Made by a program: the position numbers and the translations under genes | Shown: piece after piece, positions 61,744 through 64,000 of the stretch | How the letters are laid out: every line of letters starts with the position of its first letter | How positions within the stretch are numbered: the first letter of the stretch is position 1 | Source of the DNA: Sphaerochaetaceae bacterium | GTDB lineage: Bacteria > Bacillota > Clostridia > Oscillospirales > CAG-272 | Reading direction: 5' to 3' | DNA length: 64,000 bases | NCBI GenBank assembly: GCA_963656825.1 | Contig: CAVKJG010000001.1 | Location: 2,059-66,058, forward strand | The notes under the pieces: generated by a model | Seen by the model: only the letters and a program-made list of their open reading frames with translations | Told to the model about the DNA's origin: nothing | Databases searched by the model: none

Positions 61744-63987
61744 ATGAATAAAGAAATTAAGTTATCGGTAAACAATCTGAAGGTCAGCTTCCGGACGGAC
61801 GCAGGCAAGGTGCAGGCGGTACGCGATATCTCGTTCGACCTTTATAAAGGCGAAACTCTGGCAATCGTCGGAGAATCCGGCTCTGGAAAATCCGTTACGT
61901 CAAAAGCCATCATGGGAATTTCCGCTGTGAACTCCATCTACGAGGGCGGAGAAATCCTTTACGACGGTCAGGACCTTCTGCGTATTCCCGAGGAGGAAAT
62001 GCACAAGCTCCGCGGAGACAAGATCGCAATGATTTTCCAGGATCCGCTTTCCTCGCTCAACCCGATTATGCGTATCGGCAAGCAGATAACGGAGGCAATG
62101 CTCCTCAAAAACAAGGCGAACCGCAAGGAAGGCCGCGAAGCCTTCAACAAAATGCTTTCCACGCTGTATGAAACAATAAAGGTAGCTGCCGCAGAAAACA
62201 ATATCACGGATATCTCCATAGAAGAGGTTGAAAAATACATCAAGACCTTCGATGATTTCAACATTCAGGCGATAAAGCTGGAAAACAGCTACAACGAATC
62301 GCGCACGGCGGCTGAGGAAATGATAACCATCATTGAGGATTTTCTCTTCCTTACCGAAAAAAAGCAAAAGGTCGATGTCGTAGCGACCTTAAAGCGCATC
62401 AAAAATCACCTGAAAACTGTCAGCGACAAGTATTTTGTAACCGGATATGAGGAAATTTTGAAGGCTCACAGCGCGTCGCTTGACAGCGCAAAATCGATAG
62501 AAATATCAAAGCTGACAATAGGTGACGCCGCAAAGAAGCTGTTTGCGGGAAACGCGTACAAAAACGAAGCGTCTGCCGAAACAGTCGATGTACTCAAAAA
62601 GATAAAGAAAACAGCCGAAGAAATGCTCGCACGTCCCAAGTACGACTTTTTCAGAATCGGCTACTACGTATACAAGCACCCCGATACCGATCTCAGCCGG
62701 ATGCCCGCTTCCGAAGCGAACGAAATGGCATACGAATATCTCACAGAGGACTTTATGAAGTCCTTTATCGGCTATGAAAGGATCGCGGTTCAGTATTCGC
62801 TCGATAAAACTCTGGAAAACAAGAAAAAGGCTATCGCCGGACTGAAAAAGGCAATAGAATTTTTCAGGGCGGGAAACTTTACCCAGCAGGAAGCAAAGGC
62901 ACTTGCCTATGAGCTGAATCGGGATGTCCGCGCGGCAATCGATCCGCTTGCCGTAGTCAAGGACAACATCGCCTACACCTTCGGCGGAGCGATTGACAGA
63001 GAAATTGAAAAATATTTCTTCTACCTGAAAAACAATCCCAAGGAGGAGGCTCGCTTTGCGCGTCAGACCGCAAAAAGAGAGGCTCTGCTTGCAAAGGGCA
63101 AGAGCGGAAAGAAAGTAAACTGGAAAGTCGTTCCGAAGTCCGTTGTGGAGCCGGAGGATCAGATCCGTATCATCGTTTCCGTTCTTACGCATGTAATGGA
63201 CAAGTTTGAAGCGGACGTTTTATCCGAAAACAAGGTGGACGTCGATAAGCGCTGCATTGATATCATCGACTATCTCAAGGAAAAGGCTTCTCAGGTTGTC
63301 TACAAGCTTACAAAGCGTATCGCAAAGGAAAGAGCCATCAAGCTCATGGACGAGGTCGGTATTCCCGAAGCAAGACTTCGCTACAGACAGTATCCGTTTG
63401 AGTTTTCCGGCGGTATGCGTCAGCGTATCGTTATCGCGATCGCGCTTTCGGCAAACCCCGATATCCTGATCTGCGACGAGCCGACCACCGCGCTTGACGT
63501 TACGATTCAGGCTCAGATTCTTGAGCTTATCAACCGTCTGAAGCGCGAGCGTAATCTTTCCATTATCTTTATCACGCACGATCTGGGCGTGGTCGCAAAC
63601 ATGGCAGACAGAATTGCCGTTATGTATGCAGGTAAAATCGTGGAATACGGCACCGCGGAAGAGGTGTTCTACAATCCGCAGCATCCGTATACATGGGCAT
63701 TGCTTTCCTCCATGCCGGACCTCGACACCGACGAAAAGCTGGATGCTATCCCGGGAACTCCTCCCAATATGATATATCCTCCCGTCGGAGATGCGTTTGC
63801 GGAAAGAAACAGATACGCACTGGAAATAGATTATGAAATGCAGCCTCCGATGTTTGAGGTTTCGCCCACACACTACGCTGCAACATGGCTGCTTCACCCC
63901 AATGCTCCCAAGGTAGAGATTCCGAAAATCATTACCGAGCGAATCAAACGAATGAAGGAAAGAGGAGGCAATTATGGAGAACAATAA
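61744..63987 (+). CDS. ABC transporter ATP-binding protein (OppD-like) with a roughly 400-aa insertion between the Q-loop and the ABC signature
   Basis: Walker A GESGSGKSV, Q-loop IFQDPLSSLNP, then about 430 residues later FSGGMRQR, Walker B LICDEPTTALD, H-loop ITHDL, and an oligo_HPY-like tail. ATG 61744 follows GGAGGA. Confidence 0.88.
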   Translation: MNKEIKLSVNNLKVSFRTDAGKVQAVRDISFDLYKGETLAIVGESGSGKSVTSKAIMGISAVNSIYEGGEILYDGQDLLRIPEEEMHKLRGDKIAMIFQDPLSSLNPIMRIGKQITEAMLLKNKANRKEGREAFNKMLSTLYETIKVAAAENNITDISIEEVEKYIKTFDDFNIQAIKLENSYNESRTAAEEMITIIEDFLFLTEKKQKVDVVATLKRIKNHLKTVSDKYFVTGYEEILKAHSASLDSAKSIEISKLTIGDAAKKLFAGNAYKNEASAETVDVLKKIKKTAEEMLARPKYDFFRIGYYVYKHPDTDLSRMPASEANEMAYEYLTEDFMKSFIGYERIAVQYSLDKTLENKKKAIAGLKKAIEFFRAGNFTQQEAKALAYELNRDVRAAIDPLAVVKDNIAYTFGGAIDREIEKYFFYLKNNPKEEARFARQTAKREALLAKGKSGKKVNWKVVPKSVVEPEDQIRIIVSVLTHVMDKFEADVLSENKVDVDKRCIDIIDYLKEKASQVVYKLTKRIAKERAIKLMDEVGIPEARLRYRQYPFEFSGGMRQRIVIAIALSANPDILICDEPTTALDVTIQAQILELINRLKRERNLSIIFITHDLGVVANMADRIAVMYAGKIVEYGTAEEVFYNPQHPYTWALLSSMPDLDTDEKLDAIPGTPPNMIYPPVGDAFAERNRYALEIDYEMQPPMFEVSPTHYAATWLLHPNAPKVEIPKIITERIKRMKERGGNYGEQ

Positions 63988-64000
63988 CGAAGTGCTTCTT
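63974..64000 (+). CDS. 5' end of the next CDS (probably the OppF-like ATPase), truncated by the window edge
   Basis: GGAGG RBS at 63963-63967, ATG 63974 (MENNNEVLL), and an overlap with the oppD-like stop codon. Confidence 0.45.

Noticed and set aside
1-64000. I looked for rRNA, tRNA, CRISPR arrays, IS/transposase, integrase, phage and toxin-antitoxin genes.
   Set aside because: I saw no cloverleaf-sized conserved intergenic blocks, no regularly spaced direct repeats, and no transposase, integrase or recombinase-like translation in the ORF track. This was inspection by eye only; tRNAscan-SE, Infernal or CRISPR-finder runs could overturn it.

Overview
This is a 64-kb chromosomal window from a Gram-positive, endospore-forming, Clostridia-type genome. 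I call about 63 CDS, mostly on the minus strand. By eye I found no rRNA, tRNA, CRISPR array, IS element or prophage. Most of the content is housekeeping. It includes rluB, dacB, ytfJ with a DUF2953 gene, scpA/scpB, an M50 protease, engB, lon, lexA, a PPi-type phosphofructokinase, galE, wecB, ylmH-like, rlmA, dut, ireB, a 1-phosphofructokinase, nusB-xseA-xseB-ispA and yunB. Cell-envelope and accessory modules are interspersed: two ECF sigma/anti-sigma pairs (one followed by a serpin lipoprotein, one by lipoprotein-MBOAT-DHHW genes), tandem NodB deacetylases, a PGRP-type amidase, and a GH78-like hydrolase. There is also an LtaS-like / YidC-TagF fusion / small TM protein / CPA2 antiporter / MgtC operon, and an Opp-type ABC transporter. 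Many promoters fit TTGACA-N17-(TG)nTATAAT very well, and several clean rho-independent terminators are visible. Four observations stand out. (1) Eight copies of a roughly 22-bp dyad, AWTTTATAC-N4-GTATAAAWT, are confined to 13.1-26.5 kb, almost always just downstream of stop codons, and match no operator I recognise. (2) One 686-aa protein fuses a YidC/Oxa1 insertase domain to a TagB/TagF-type glycerophosphotransferase domain, next to an LtaS-like gene. (3) Every component of the Opp-like transporter is enlarged, including a roughly 400-aa insertion inside the OppD nucleotide-binding domain. (4) ECF sigma factors appear wired to a serpin and to an O-acyltransferase module. All family calls come from reading motifs in the translations; no database search was run.
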